A stretch of 64,000 nt of DNA from Tubiluchus corallicola (Eukaryota; Animalia; Priapulida). Under the pieces are notes generated by a model. The model ran no database searches. It worked only from the letters and a program-made list of their open reading frames with translations, and had not been told where the DNA came from. Numbering within the stretch: position 1 is the first letter of the stretch; the number at the start of each line of letters is the position of its first letter. Below, one piece after another: positions 12,521 through 27,700 of this stretch. The DNA lies in the NCBI GenBank assembly GCA_030141605.1, contig JAQGDQ010000133.1, positions 434,001 through 498,000 of the forward strand. The letters run 5' to 3'. Position numbers and translations under genes: made by a program.

Positions 12521-14458
12521 CTGTTTTGCTTTAACTGTTGAACAGGTGGCGGCTTTTGGGGCAAATATAGATCGTAGAAGAAATATGACCCTCTTGGGCA
12601 AGAGGTGTTGAAACCATCCACGCCACCATTCTCTGAAAAACCGCGAATAATGAAACCATAAAAAGTGGTTAGAATCCCTGGATAAATTAATAACTTCGAC
12701 CCGCGTATTTGTAGAAACCAGATTATAATTTGAATCACGCAGGTCCTACTGCATTTACTGTACGTTAAAAGCGTTCGGTATGCATTCGAGAAACGCATAA
12801 AAATAAAAATAAAAATGAGATTAGTGCTCTCTGTTTTCAAAAAACGTGAGCTCATAAGTGCAAAAATCTGTATCATTTCAACTTGAGCCGTTTCAAGTTC
12901 ACAAACGAACAATTAATTATTAACGGAAGCCAATTCGCAGATGTCAATCACACAATTTCTTGCTGCCTTTCTGCTGCTAGTAAGTGTACTACTCCTCATC
13001 AGTGAAATTAGCACAGTACGATACAGCCTATAATAATTTATTGATCTGTTAGGATCAACTTTATGCTCTTAATTAATTTTATACAAATAAAGTGAGTTAT
13101 AAGTGAGCTTAAAGTTGCGTTTATAAACCTTTTGCAGCGGTTATTATTTTCACAGTTTCTTCAAACTCCGGAAAGAAGAGGTAGAAGAGAAAGAATGTAT
13201 GAACGTGTTTATTCATGAAAGTGTTTATTTTGAACTTCATATAACAGCATAATTATGAATTTATTAATGAAGCGAATCTGATGATTACGGATTATTATTA
13301 AGAATTCATGCGCAGTTAGTATATGCTGCTAGCATAGCTGCATCCGCGATGAGGGTAACGTCCATAATCAAATACTTGTCCTGAAACAAAATATAAGCAA
13401 TTTGACTTAATATTACGCTATTGGCCTAGTTCAAAAATAATTGTAGCCAAAACTGTACTTTGGTTACTTTTACTTTATAGAGTTCTAAGAGCAATTGTTT
13501 GTCTCCGTAGGTAACGGTAAAGGTAACGGTAAAATGAAGGGAAAAGGAAAGATGGGAAAGAAGGTGACTAGGCCTACTTCTCATTAATTCATTATTGTTG
13601 TTATGCATTTTTCTATCTGCTTTACCTCGTTTTTCGGTTTGTACTCCCCGCGTCGAAGTATCTACTGTGCCGTGATGTAAAACGGTGATCCAGACATGAA
13701 GTCTGAAAAAACCGTAACACTAATTAGGATGTATTACTTAAATGATAAAAATCTTTATTATTATTTCGCCCGTTTTTTATATATGCATAATAAGTTTGGT
13801 TGTTCTTCAGCCCTTCTCAGTGAAAATAAAAATTGTTTAGTGAAAACGACAGCTTGAAATGTTACAACATTCTGAGTGGCAAGATAGAATAGAAAATCAT
13901 ATTACTAGACTATGATGAAGAATATTTTGTTGCTATAGGCATAACACTGTTCTGTTCTGCTTTGCCACTTAGAATGTCGTAGCATTTCATAATGTCATTT
14001 ACTTCAAGTCGCTGGAGTAAAAATTAATAATGCCTAATCACCGAATCTAAAAAGATATAAAAACACCCAAAAGTTGAAAACATTCCTATCGACGCAACAG
14101 TACTATTCCTACCATTTTTGTTAAATTAGCTAACACGTTTTAATTTTTGTTTACTTGAGCAGTCTTGTACTTGAATGGGTTAGCTTTTGAGCAGTCTAAT
14201 CTACTATTCTGCTTCCCTCGCTATTTACCTCTTCAAAGAAGGATGTCCAAGCATTTAAACGTAGCTCAGATATCTCTGCTGCGGTGTCACATCTTGAACG
14301 ATAATAGCAGATAATGAACTGGTTCTGGACTCGTCACACAACCCATTCAACAGTCACAGTAGTAGATTGTGTTATACATACATATGTATACATGTAAATA
14401 CCCAGAATCGTATGAGTGCTATGGACTGAGTGCTAAATATCATTATTCAAGTGCGAAG

Positions 14459-16155
14459 CTACGTCAGCTGCTGTTGGAAGAAATGACTTTGTCTAGATTG
14501 CACCGAAAATGGTGGCCACATAGAGCACTTGCTGTAAATTTTAACAATAGTGACAATTTTTCCGGCATTTATTTTTGTTACTTGTTGAGTTAAACTTCTG
14601 TATTCATACATAAACGTCTGTAACATACGTGTGGCAATTTTCAAGCGAATCCGTTATTTTCTTCTTATAATATCCCGATCCAAACTTCGGCACATTTTTT
14701 GCACCACCATATATATGCTCAACTATTTTTTTAAATAATAACCAACCAATCAGATGTACTATAATAATAATAATCAAAATATAGACATACTTAGCGCAAG
14801 CATATCCCAGCGCACAAACTGCCACAGCAATCAATGACAGAGAAAGGAGAATGCCAGTACTACATATTTGACTTTCTACCACTCTTGCTGGCGACCCTAA
14901 AAATGACGATCATGATAGTGAAAGATGTATTGGCGACATGGTAAAAATAATAGACAGTGATGAAGTCGAGCAAATTTTCTGTAATAATGCTTCGCAAAAC
15001 ATGGCTTCATAGTTAAATTATTGACCTCGATAACTGGCGGGAGATATTACTAAAGTGTTGTGGAGTTTACTTGGCTACAAAAGTTTAGCAAAGTCGACCT
15101 TGAGTAGTAAATAAATGGGTAGCTGCCAAGAAAACCATGTCTGGATGGTTTTATCTACCACAGTCCGGTAGCCGGAGGGGTGAACCTTGCATTTTCCGTG
15201 TAGGTTTTTTCTCAGTGGTTTTCTCATGTCCTGATGGTCCTCTTTAAGAACATGCCACCCTTGAGCTACTTCAGATATTGGACCAAAAGTGTTACACTAG
15301 AGAAGTACGTATTATAACAAATCAAAACTGCCATGATCATTCAAATGAAAACACTAAGTAAACTAAATTTAATATTTTTAACTTAAATGATATTAAGACA
15401 AATAAAAAATGAGTTTTATGTACTACAAGAAAAATTGTGTTGGATAATTATACCAAATCTAATCTAATAAGGACATAGTCGTTTTCTTCGTCAGTGGTTC
15501 ATGTTTTAGTCTTTCTTAATCCACTAGCCTTAAGATTTCATCACTTTGTCAAATTACTAGGTTCTTTATCCAGTTTACTCCCACAAGTAAGTTACTGCTT
15601 TCATTCAGTCCAATTCCTCGTTTTAGCTTTGTCAGGTTTATATATTTTATTTGTTCATTATTACTGAGAGCCTCCATGTCCATGGAACACGATACAAACT
15701 AATTATTGTGCACTGTTTATTATTATTCACAACACTGCATAATATTGTGATGACTTAAAAGATTCACATGCCTTTGCTCCTGAACAAGATATTTAGGTTG
15801 GTTCACATTTTCCCACAATTACTCCTTATTTAATAGTGAATCTGGCGCAGTATGGTGATAAAAACCATATAATAATAACTCAGCTCTTACTTCTTGTATC
15901 AGAATCATCTTCATTACTTCTACTACTTCGCTTTACCAACGAATGAAGTGAAGAATTAATCCCACGTATAGACCTTCTACGATCGATGGCGTTTTTTACG
16001 CCCTCTTGCATAGGAAGAGTTGTAGTTGGTGACGACTGAGAATTTCTTGTGTAGAATTTGCCTAATTTTCCCAGTATCGTTGTTTCACTTAGCACAATCA
16101 TAGACATTAACCAAATAAATGTTAGGTATACACAGGATACAGTTTCCAACTTCAT
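14459..16155 (-). CDS. Candidate small spliced type I membrane protein (signal peptide, basic cleavage-like sites, one TM helix), unknown family
   Basis: Exon 16155-15891 encodes MKLETVSCVYLTFIWLMSMIVLS-ETT...DRRRS...VKRS and ends at a phase-1 GTAAGA donor. It joins in frame to exon 14896-14791 (ttttag acceptor, GTATGT donor) encoding SPARVVESQICSTGILLSLSLIAVAVCALGYACA. The terminal exon is uncertain; one option is ~14531-14459. Confidence 0.45.
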
Positions 16156-16645
16156 CTTACGCTCTAAATAACTAAACATATATAAGAATATAGTCACATT
16201 TATAACAGCGTCACTAGGGTCTCAGAGCGTCATACATTCTGTAATTGTTGCGTAGCAACTACAAAGGATGATAAGCTGTGGGGCGTTGGCATCTATCACG
16301 CTATTATATTTTAACTAACAAAATTAAATCAGAATGCCACGTAACATCGAAACCAAGTGCAAAAAAGTAAATATCTTGGAGCTTTGGATATTGTTTTTAT
16401 CATCAACAACCGCAGATTGTCCACGTATCTAACCATCTAAATATGATTAATATTTATTATATTCTGATGGCTAATTTTTCAAAGACAAGTAAAGACGTTA
16501 ATGGCTTCCTACTATGTATGAAGAAAATATGCTTGATATCACATCTGAAAGATACAAGCATTAAAAAAATATGGAAAAAAAGGTGGCCAGAGCAATGTCT
16601 ACAAACTACATAGTCTACAAACTACGATTTGCTCTACTATATAGT

Positions 16646-16700
16646 CTGTGTGTGTGTGTGTGTGTGTGTGCGTGCGTGCGTGCGCGCGTGCGTGCGTGCG
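16646..16700. repeat. (GT)n/(GCGT)n microsatellite
   Basis: Directly visible. Confidence 0.95.
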
Positions 16701-18740
16701 TGTGTGCGTGCGTGCGTGCATCTGCTGTCTTTCTGACTCTTGGCCAAAAAGGCGAAAATTTAATCGGTTCGCATTACTTTAATTTACGGAAACATCAAAA
16801 GGAATAATTCAATGCAACAGTCAGGTGGCGTCTACTGGGAGATGAAGATAAGATTCCTATTGACCTATTTCACTTCGCCTAGGGTTTCTGAGTGTAGCAG
16901 GTCAAAGAAGTAATAAGTGATCTTTAATGATTAAGCAGGTAATTATCGTTATAGTCAATAAAATCATATAGACTCATTGATATAGCAATTGTACGTTGAC
17001 CAAACTACAAGACAGCTCTTGCGCAATAAGGGAGTAGCGATTCAACAGCCAAACATCAGAAGTCAATGCTCCAAAACACCAATTAAAGTGAAATTTCAAA
17101 AAACAAGTATAGCATAAAGTTTATTCTAAATTTGCTTTACTAACTGCGGAAGTATTTTAAATAAAACGTGTAAAACTTCGGGAAATTAAAAAATTGATCT
17201 ATAATATTATTTACATTACATTATGTACAATATTTCTTCATGCTGTTGATTTCATATGGTTTTGATATACACTGACTTCGATTTCATGCACATCTTCATC
17301 ACAGTTACAAAGGAGAATTCAAGGTCTCTTGTAAACAAATACAAGGAAGTACAGCAGAAAAAGGAGCACAAACTGGAATAAAGAATTTTATAATTAGAAA
17401 TAATCCGGACAAAGTTATTTATATTTTCCCGTTGAAAAATTATCATCTGAGCAGTAGCGTGTTTTAAGTAGAGAATTAGTGTGATAGTTATGTTAATGTT
17501 TTTATAATTAATTATTTCTAGACTGCCTAAGTTGTTTGAAATATTACATTGAAGACACCCTATGCAAAGTGAAATAGAATGGGTTCAGCTAACTCTTATT
17601 AACATTTTTGATAAAGGTAACGAAATTTTCATATGTGTTGTGTAGTGGGGCCGGAATCTACTATAAACACAATCTATTAACATGAGATACTGAATTGATA
17701 GAAATGTCTTAATTACGTTTTAGTGCACGTACATCGGAGTCACAAAATCATTCCAAAACGAGAAAAATATTCAACGACACTATGGCAGAAAAAAGAAACT
17801 GCAGAAACATATTTTACTTAATGGTCACCTCTCGGTTTACTAATATACCCAAATTGCAAATTGCTCAGTTGACCATTTCTCTGTGTATTACGCTTTCTGG
17901 TTAACACTTTTATATGTTAGGATAATGAAAAAGCTCAAAAGGGTGGATGGCTAACTTTTTTCGTCATGGAATAAAACACGCTGCAGAAGCTCTCATTCAC
18001 GAACGGGGGAGTAACGTAAAATCTTTTTTAAAGCTGAGCTCTCTGTAACTCCTATAAGTCCTAGGAAGAGAGTAAGACTAGCATCAGACAATATACTCAC
18101 GATTTAGAATATAAAATATAAGCCTAAATAAAAAAAACAATTGACAAAACAAACATGTTGCGAATAAAATTGATTTAACAAGCTGTAATGAAGAACAGTG
18201 GAACAAAGACGTCACAATAGCAAGGAAAAACAATAGATGATTATAGAGTAAAACTTTAAATACTTCAATTAGTTAAGTATATATTTATTATTGACTTTCA
18301 ATCATCATCGTTTTCATTGATACTGAGATACTGAGATCATTTTAATGACACCAATGGCGACTTTGCTTTGCTTAACAATCAGTCATTTACAATAAACTAT
18401 GTTGATATAATATGATACAATGTAGTGTGCAAATACAACAACGATTTACCTGTGATATGTAACACGAGGAAGCTGTTAACGCATCTTAGAAATCCTACTA
18501 CAGGGGGCTATACTTGTGTATTATAAGTAGCTCAAATTAAAATGATACATACTTTTGCATTATATGCATGCGCGTCCCTTGTGACTGCAAATAACACACA
18601 GTTCCCATGCTTTAATTACACGTTTATGACAATAAATTAATATGTTTTTGTGTGTTTACTGGATGTTTTTAATACAGCATTTACAGTGTAGACTAACTAT
18701 CCGTGTAAAATTTTAGTTTGGTTTTTGGAGATATGCGGGT

Positions 18741-21700
18741 TTAAGTTGCTCGTGTGTTCATGGATTCTAACCACTCTTTTATGGTTTCATCATTCTCAGC
18801 TCTCCAGAGAATATTCGTGTGAATGTTTTCAACAGCTCCTGTCCAGTAGGCCATGTTTCCTCCGCGATCCGCAATCGTTGCCCTAAAAGCCTCAACCTGT
18901 TGAGCAGTTAAATGAAAAAGAGAATTGGACGTATATTTGTGATGAATATAACAAGTAATGAAGTATGTATAACGAAAAATAAAGTGATAGCTTTACATGT
19001 TGTAATTAATGAAGGAAAATATAAAGCAATCAGCACACACACGCGCGCGAGCGCGCGCACTCACGCACGTACGCACGCACACGCGCACACACACATGCAC
19101 ACCACTATATAAGCTCATGATAACTTGGGAGTGAATGAACAAATAAACGAAAAAACAGAGAGACAAAAATGAACAAACAAACGAATAAACGTGCAAATAA
19201 ATAAAAACAGGAACTAATAGACTCATAAAATATATAAACACATCAACTTATTACAAACCAAAACCCGAAAAAAAGAAATAAATGAACTAGCTAGGCAATT
19301 AATGAGAAATTAACGAGTGAAAAGGCAAAGGTGAATGAAATAGAGTGAAAGAAAAAGAGTGAAAGGAAGGAGTGCACAAATGAATCAAAAAGTTCTTAAC
19401 TGGGTCAAGCAATATTTTGTAATTTTACCTGACTAAGATCGTATTCAGTACTAAATCTATCAGTTGCTCCTCTCACTATTCGATCCATGGCACTGGTGCT
19501 GCCTCTGTAGGTCTCATACAAATAATCCCAGTGTCTTCTTATGAAGTCCCACACCAGATAATTACCAGCAACATTAAGACCCACGTAATTAATAACTTTG
19601 TCACCATCAGTAGATTTAATTTGTCCATCGAGCACACGTTCCAAGTACCTGACAATGTGCAAGATATTTATTCTATAACTTTTCGGAAAATAAAAAACGA
19701 AGGTTTAAAACATATCGACAATTTGAACGAAAGCTCAACAGCCCAAGAAGTTCTTGATAGAAAGCAAAGTAAAAAAAAACCTTACTAACTCACTAAATAA
19801 CAAAAAATGAGTCCGAAAAGAACAATACTAGAGCAGTCCATACATTTGTAAAATCGACGTTTGTCTGGAACATGCCATGGCTTCCAACAGCTTTGTCTCA
19901 TCAGCTGGATCGCTCGTGTGAATAAACTGATCCCATGCAAATTCCCATTGTTCGTGGTCACCCTTTGCTATAGCTGTGCAGTAGACACTGGTTTGCCGGT
20001 CAACAGCTATGCTGCAAAAGTCTCATTAGTCTTGTAAATTGCTTTAAATATTTTAGTAGTATTAGTCACTATAGTACGTCATTATGGATTGTAAGTTCTT
20101 CAAGCACTTCTTCAAGATTGAATGTATGGAAATTACTTTTGAAAAGATCCATACTCTAATGTGCTGAAAATAGTTACTGGTGTTGAAAAAATGATTTGAA
20201 AGTTCTAGTGGCTAGCAAGATACATTTCGTTTCAAAATGTTTAAAAAATTTTGAAACAAAACAGGAAATACTGTTTTATATCCGATTTTTTGACAACTCT
20301 GCTATTACTAATAATATGTTTAATCGCTCTGACACTCTTATAGTCCAAGACCCCGAGACGAAATATCCCCGATTTTGGAGTCACCTGCATATCGTAGGTA
20401 TGATTGTGGCATTCCACAAATAACAACCCATTTGTCACAGGAGCAGGGCTTTTAGTGGGTACGCCCTAAAATAGGTAGCCCAAAATTGCCTAAATCCTCG
20501 TCATAACGAACATGATTTTCGACTACTGCACATCGTAGGTACGATTGTGGCATTCCACAAATGGCTACCCGTTTGTCATGAGAGCGGGACTTTCAGGAAA
20601 TGTGCCCCAAAATAGCCCCCCCCCCCAAAAAAAAACCTCATTATCACGAACATGATTTTCGGCCACTGCGTATCGTAAGTATGTTGTGGAAAGAAAAAAA
20701 ATTGAAACTTGTGCCTTGAAGGCACTCGATCTATCACACGGTCAATCTCCTCAATATATCATTGAATTTCCAAGTTAATATAATTCTTCATGATAAAAAC
20801 AATTTCTCCGTGTTTGCTGTTCTGCTTAAGAATCTCAAACACTAACAAACCATATAGTAGTGAACAATAATTGACTAATTAATTAATTTACGTTGATATA
20901 TACGACATTCATAATTATGTGTTTACCACGCAGGGAGATCGCAATGCTCTTGTTCAAGTTGTTAAATCCGCCTCAAAAATTATAGGAGTTGAACAGCAAT
21001 CTATGGCATATTTGTATGCAACTAGGGTCGCAAAGAGAGCGCAAGTTGTCATGAAAGATGAATTCCAGCCGGGTAATAAATATTTTGAAATGCTCCCCTT
21101 TGGTCGTAGATTCCGCTCAATTAACGCTAAAACCACGAGAACTTTAAATTCTTTCTATCCCGTTGCAATTCGCGCCATCAACAGTAAATTTCAGTAAATC
21201 TCCAATTTTAATTCTCTATGTCACTGTACAACTGATTGAATTATTTGTGTTAATCTCCTTGTTGTTTCCATAAGTTATTGCAGTATGTAATATAACAAAA
21301 ATTTCATTGTGTGTATTATGCTATAATGAAAACAAATTGCTTACTTACTTACTTATGCATTTTTTTTCATTTTAAACAATTTTCCTTGATTCACGTTTTA
21401 TCTTTTCTCATAATATCTATTACGATTGAAAAAATGGCAGATAGCAAAAATTTAATGGTGAGCTACAAAAACGGCTTACTTCTGCTCTCATCTTAAATCA
21501 ATAAAACTAAAAAATAATAATTTACTTATTCTCTCCTGTATCCATCCACTCTTGAAATTGCGCCAGTGCTGCTCCTTCGCAATCGGAGTTTCCGTATTTG
21601 CAAGCTGCTGCTGTAATGTCAACTTGAAACAACCTGCAAAAAACGGCTTAGAAGTATATTAGATCTGAAGCAAAAAATACAAACCTTTAATCTTGAAATG

Positions 21701-24700
21701 ATACTGAAAGCTTAATTTGCAGAAAGTTTTGTCCTCCAGAAGATCCCCTTATATTGCGCCCTATAAAGAGATTTTGTGGTGAAGATTTAGTCGTTTTAGT
21801 TTTTGTTGTAATCTAAAAGTTATACAATATTTGGTGTTTGACAGTTATACAAGTGTAGACCTATGTGGCGATTATAAATTTCACGAGCAGAAGACAATAG
21901 AACTCCGGTCCCAATGTTGCGTTAATGCACTTATTAAAGCCAGTCAAACTCTTAATTATTAACTAATCTACTATCTACTAAAACAACATTTCTAAATTAT
22001 TAATATATTCATTTCTGCAGGTTTATTTTTTACCGCTTCTGAAGCTCCTTGTCCGGATATTCTTCCCAGCCAATTGCGTTGTACATGTCTTCTGTTTGAG
22101 AGACCATAAACTTCTAGATCAACATCAACACATAAATTTACAATTATTATATTCACCTTACCGATAACTCACCCAATCATTTTTATCATATTGACCTATT
22201 ACTCATTTATTTGCTCACCAGTTTTTTTTCTCTTGTTACGCATTTATTTATTCTATCACCCTTTCCTTTACCACTCTGTTCTGTTCTCGTTTAGCTTTGC
22301 TTCTTAGTGCTTTTATTTACGGGTCCATTTCTTCATCCACTGCTTAGTTCATTCTTTGTGGTATTGTTAGCCAGCTTATGCCACCTTTTCGCTTTATGCT
22401 CATTCCTTCATTCGTCCGTTTGTCCAATCATTGATCAGTTTGTAAGTTAGCTTGTTCGTTTGTTTTTTCGTTCTTCAATCCTTCGTTAATTTATTCATTC
22501 ACTCATTCATACAAATAGAGCGATTTAGGCTTACATTCATTTCTCTGCTTGTTCCTTTATACCTTTATTTTCCCACCTCTTTATTCTACTAGTCATTAAC
22601 TCATTCATTCAATCAGTTATGTTCATTCAATCAGTTCAATCAATTTGTTTATTTGTTCATTCACTCGTTCATTAGTTCGTTCGTTCTTTCGTTTGTTCGT
22701 TTATTCGTTCGTTCATGCTCACGTTCGTTCTTTCATTCATTACCTTTAGTGCGCCATATGTGCCAGTTTTCCCCAGCATTAAGTCTAGATAATTCAGTTT
22801 TCCTAGTGCGGCGTGCCAAGGCAAGTATTCCACTTCTTTGTCAAGAAATTCCAATAACTGCAGCGCTTTTACTTGTTCTATTTTTAGAATCCTGTCAAAT
22901 TTAATCTAATGCTAATTAATTCAAGAAATGAATGACAAATTAAGGTAAGCTTCTACTTAAATGTGCATGTGTGTGCATGTCTAAATATCAAAATGACTTA
23001 CTTTGCCAGTTCAAAAGCATCTTCAAATAACTGGGCCCTGTTTCGTACGCTGATGACCTGTTAGAAATTAAAGTGAATGTTGTAAAATTATTTAAAACTC
23101 ACAATGCCTTGAAAACTTTTAACCATGCACAGTAAGTGTTAAACAGAACACGCACGGTTACTGTTGCTAAAACTTCGGTTTATCCACACTCTCTTTACTC
23201 ACTTCATGGGCTTCTTTCAGTTGTTTATTTATTAACTCCCAGTTATTGTCATCATACATGACCCTGTAGAATCCCTTCACTCCTGCATTTGCAATGAACC
23301 ATTCATTATCATCAGCTGAGATTGTTGCTGTGACTTCTGTAAAAGAAAAAGAAAATGCGTACATTTGGTTTTCAAATTCATTCTTTTATTTTATTCATCC
23401 ATTAGTTCGTTCTTTTAGGCAACAGCCCCCATCTGTCCACCAGTCCATTCGTCTGTTCATCCATCCGTATGTTTACTCATCCATTCATCCATTCAATCAT
23501 TCATTCATTTATTCACGCATTTAATCATCAATCGTGTTAATGTTCATATTATTGGTTTGTTCTGTTAATCGTTTGGCTATATTTGCTCGACTGTTTGCTT
23601 GTTTTCTGCAGTTTCTTTGTTTATTCGTATCTTTATTTATTCAGTCATTGACAATTCATTATTTCACTTCATTACATATTGATGTGTATCTGCCAGCCCA
23701 CCAACTCACCATCCCTTTAGAATTCAGAAAACAACAAAATAAGAGTCTTTACAAAAGACAAATAAAAATAAAGATATTATATGAAACAATTTTTATACCT
23801 GGTTGTTGGTGCATCCATATAATATCTGGACTTTCCCAATTCACATCATTCTGTGTGGTGAAGAATACTGGTACCTCCCATAAATAACTGCAAAAAGATT
23901 TTGAAAACATAAATAACCTTGTCCTCTTTAACTGTAAGCAGTAACTAATAAAATCTCTACCGGTTCGCCTGTTCTGCTCGTTTTTTCCATAGAAGTTAGT
24001 GCATAATGTAACGATGGTGAAAAGCCATTTATTTTTACCCCTATCCCCACTCCAACCACCACGCCATCTCTTCATGATAGTGACTCGATCCATTAAGAAG
24101 CTACTGCGTGTGGGCACCGAACAGCACAAATAAGGTAACTCAGGCCGTGTTTTACCATCTCAGCACCTGTTCCGCAACTCATAGCGCAGATGTAGGACAA
24201 CCTGGACAAGTATGATGGCAAGTTTAACATAAATTTATGGACAAACTCTGGCGTTTATACGCGTTTTCTAATGACCAGCGTTACCAACACCACTGCAGGC
24301 AGTTCACTGAGTATGGGTTCGGCGGTAAATGATGTAGCTTTCGCCACTACAGGCAAAAATGGGTTAACCTTTCAAAAATAGATTAGATCAAAAATAGCCT
24401 TTGAACTTTGATAAATCGCTTGTGTAGATAAGTAGCTACACAATGAATGCCTCCCCTCATTCATTTTTTTATTGTTTTACAATTTATTTTTAATGTATAT
24501 TTTAATGAATGTGAAATAAAATAAATTAATATAAAAACATCTGATACAATAAAAACAACAACATGAGAGATAAGCCAAGAGGAATGGACGACACACACAG
24601 TAAAAGCCCGGTTTACAAGATCCGACAAAATCGAACTGTAGGTTGAAGTCGGACGAAGTTGGATGAATCGTTTACACGATCATACAAAATTGGATGAAGT

Positions 24701-27700
24701 CGGACAGACTTTGTAGGTCATCGTGTGAACTGGAAAATTTAACATCTGACTTGTCGACCGACTTGTCGTCGAATGAAAGTCGGAAGATGCCCTGCTTTCC
24801 ATCCAAAAGTTTTCCGATTTCTTGGTATTGTATTATTAATGAAACTTCGAGATTTCACGCGGCATGCTATAGGCTATTATGAATGTGAAAATGCATACTA
24901 AATAGAGTAAATAATACAACTTACAAGTATTTATTATTATGCACACATCTAAATAAGCAGTATGTATTAATACGTAGTGTAGCATATGAGGGGGAGAAAA
25001 AGTAAGAAGAAAGGGAAAGAGAGAGAGAGAGAGGGGGGTTTAACATTTAACAACAATTAACGCAACACTTACATTTTATTTATTCATGTTGCTTATTTTA
25101 TGAATAACTAAAACAGGTTTACGTGCAATCCGGAGTATTCAACTATAGCAAAACTACAGCAAACAAAACTGTTCTGGCTGAAGTATGATTGCAATAAATT
25201 GTGTCATTTGGATGTCTTCGCAAAGCAAATGTAACGAATGCAGCATTCGAACAGTGCGGATTTTTCAATGTTCAAATTGCAACTGCTTGAATTCCCGCAA
25301 CCTGTCTGACACTGTTGGTTGACAAAACAAGATCGTGTAAACGTAATACCTAACGTACTCCGACACCGAGCCGATTGCATCCAACAACATCCGATTTTGT
25401 GGAAAAACGGATCAGGCACGCTTTTGTACTTCGCCCGAGTAGCTGGCAGAAAGTAGTTCTATGTCTGATTCTGCTTCCAGTCCAGTTTTAATTATGAGAA
25501 CTACTTTAGCAGATTTTAGCGAAAGGACAGTACAGAAATTTGTTACATGATTTCAGAACACCTTGTCCCATTTTCGGCTTTAGGATCTCTGCAATTCTGG
25601 ATGGTGGATCGGCCCAGACAAGAACCAGCTTGTTCGAATTAATTGCTAGCGAATTAGTAAATTTTTCTTTTTTGTGGGCATTACGCATTATTTTACCTGT
25701 TTTACTTAACAACATTTAAGTATTTTTCAGTTTTGTGAGCAATATGCGCTTTTGCATTGTGAATTTCAAGGCTTTTCTTTACAGTAAGCGCTATGCACAT
25801 ATGCCACTTTTGCATGGCGTTTTTTATACTTACTTTGTACGCGGTAAGCAATTAATTTATTTTCCTCCATAAAAATTTAGGCGTTATGGACACCATCATA
25901 ACTCAATTTTTTGTAACACATGTCAAATTTTTGGTAACAATTATTTTTCATTCAAGAAGAAAGAAATAAATAACTATAATACATAAATCAATATCCTACC
26001 TGAAGTCACTTGGTGGGACTTCTGCAGTCGGGTCTAAAAGAAAATGTTCCTGTGTTATGGTAACAATTTTACTGTCCCCATATTGGCGAATCACGTTCAG
26101 CAAAGGATAGCCCATCTGCAGCGTCCAGGGATCCATCAATTCTTTAATTGTTTTACCGTCAAGCTCTATACCTTCATTATCGATAACCTACGCAATTAAG
26201 TGCAAAATATTATTACCTAACACGTACGTAGCCTGCTAATATACTTCCTATAGAAATGTAATAGCAGCACTGCATGCGTTCACTGTCCCTGTATATCAGA
26301 ACAGCATCAGAGAAACACATCGCCATTTTTACCTTTTGCATGGAGTCCCAAAGGTCGTCTGTCACTGCGTTTTCATAAGCGAATGTTTTAAGATAATCCT
26401 GTAATGAATAAAGTACAAATTAGTTTACAAATTGTTGAAGATAATAAATAAGCGAACACTGTTTCAAAAGAGAGGAATTAGACAGTGCGTCAGCATAGAT
26501 AAGCATCTTAAAAGAAGCGCATCGGTAATTTTTTTATAATGTTGCCTTAGTTAGTGTGACGTAACAATGCTTATCATACCGTCAGAGATAGCTTCCATGC
26601 CTTTTCTCCCAGCAGTGCTTGGATCATTTGAAAGATGCACCCACCCTATTAAAGATAATTACAATTCAATTTCAGCTCAACGAGGGCTGATATGTTTTGG
26701 AATAGAATTTTGTACCTTTAATTTTAGTAAGTTATTGTGTAAAATTTTGCAAATTTTAATTTAAATCTCAGTATATTCCTATAGTACCAACATACGCATG
26801 CACTTATAGACACATGTAATATAAAAACACCAAAAAAACAAGTTCACGCACTCTTGCACTTAAACCCCACAGTAAATACACAGAAGTGGTGAGAATCCGT
26901 TTGTACAAAAAGTACGAAAAATGTTTCAAAACAGTTTTAAAGAAAACTTTTAGGCTGAATGGTACATGAAAAGCTTTTTTCAGTTTTCAAAAGCACTCAC
27001 TCACTGCTACTGCATTCAAAGTTGACTCTTGAGATTACGAAAAAAATATAAAAACCAAAAAACTTATTGAAGCAAAAAATTAATAAATTATCATAAGTCT
27101 ACCTTGTTATATGTTATGCTGTCAAATATAGCCCTAACTTCTGTATTTGTCACTGCGTCATTGATGATTGGATGTGACGTAGCCAGTGCGTCATACCGGA
27201 AGGCACTTGGCATCATGTGGACCACAATAATTTCGTCCGCCTGTTAATAAATTGAAATTTGAATTTTTAGTTTGTCAAATTGGTTGCTTTCAGTAATTTA
27301 TTCGTGCACACCAGACAAAAAGTGTTAGGAGTGTGCAAAGCAAATTAGCAAGAAGCATACTTTTGTAAGCTTACCATCCTCCATTCTGGTTCTGCGAAGT
27401 CGCATCCAACATACTCCAGGTATCTAGAGAATCCTTCATTAAGCCACAAGTGTGACCACCATTCACAGGTAACAAGATTTCCTAAGTACTAAAACAAATG
27501 CTTCAAATATAATATAACATAATATGTTATAATATGTATAATATATTCTCGGTTAATATAACTATAAGATAACTGTTTTCTATGCATCAGTATATGATAA
27601 ACATAAAGTAGCTGCAGTAACAGCAACAGCAGAAACAACAACAGCAGCAGCAACAACAACAACAACAACGACAGCAGCAGTAACAACAACAACAACATTT

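Noticed and set aside
15060-15300. Open minus-strand frame as an extra exon of the orphan gene
   Set aside because: Phase-incompatible with the flanking exons, and the sequence looks SINE-like (gtcgacc...aaatgggta core).
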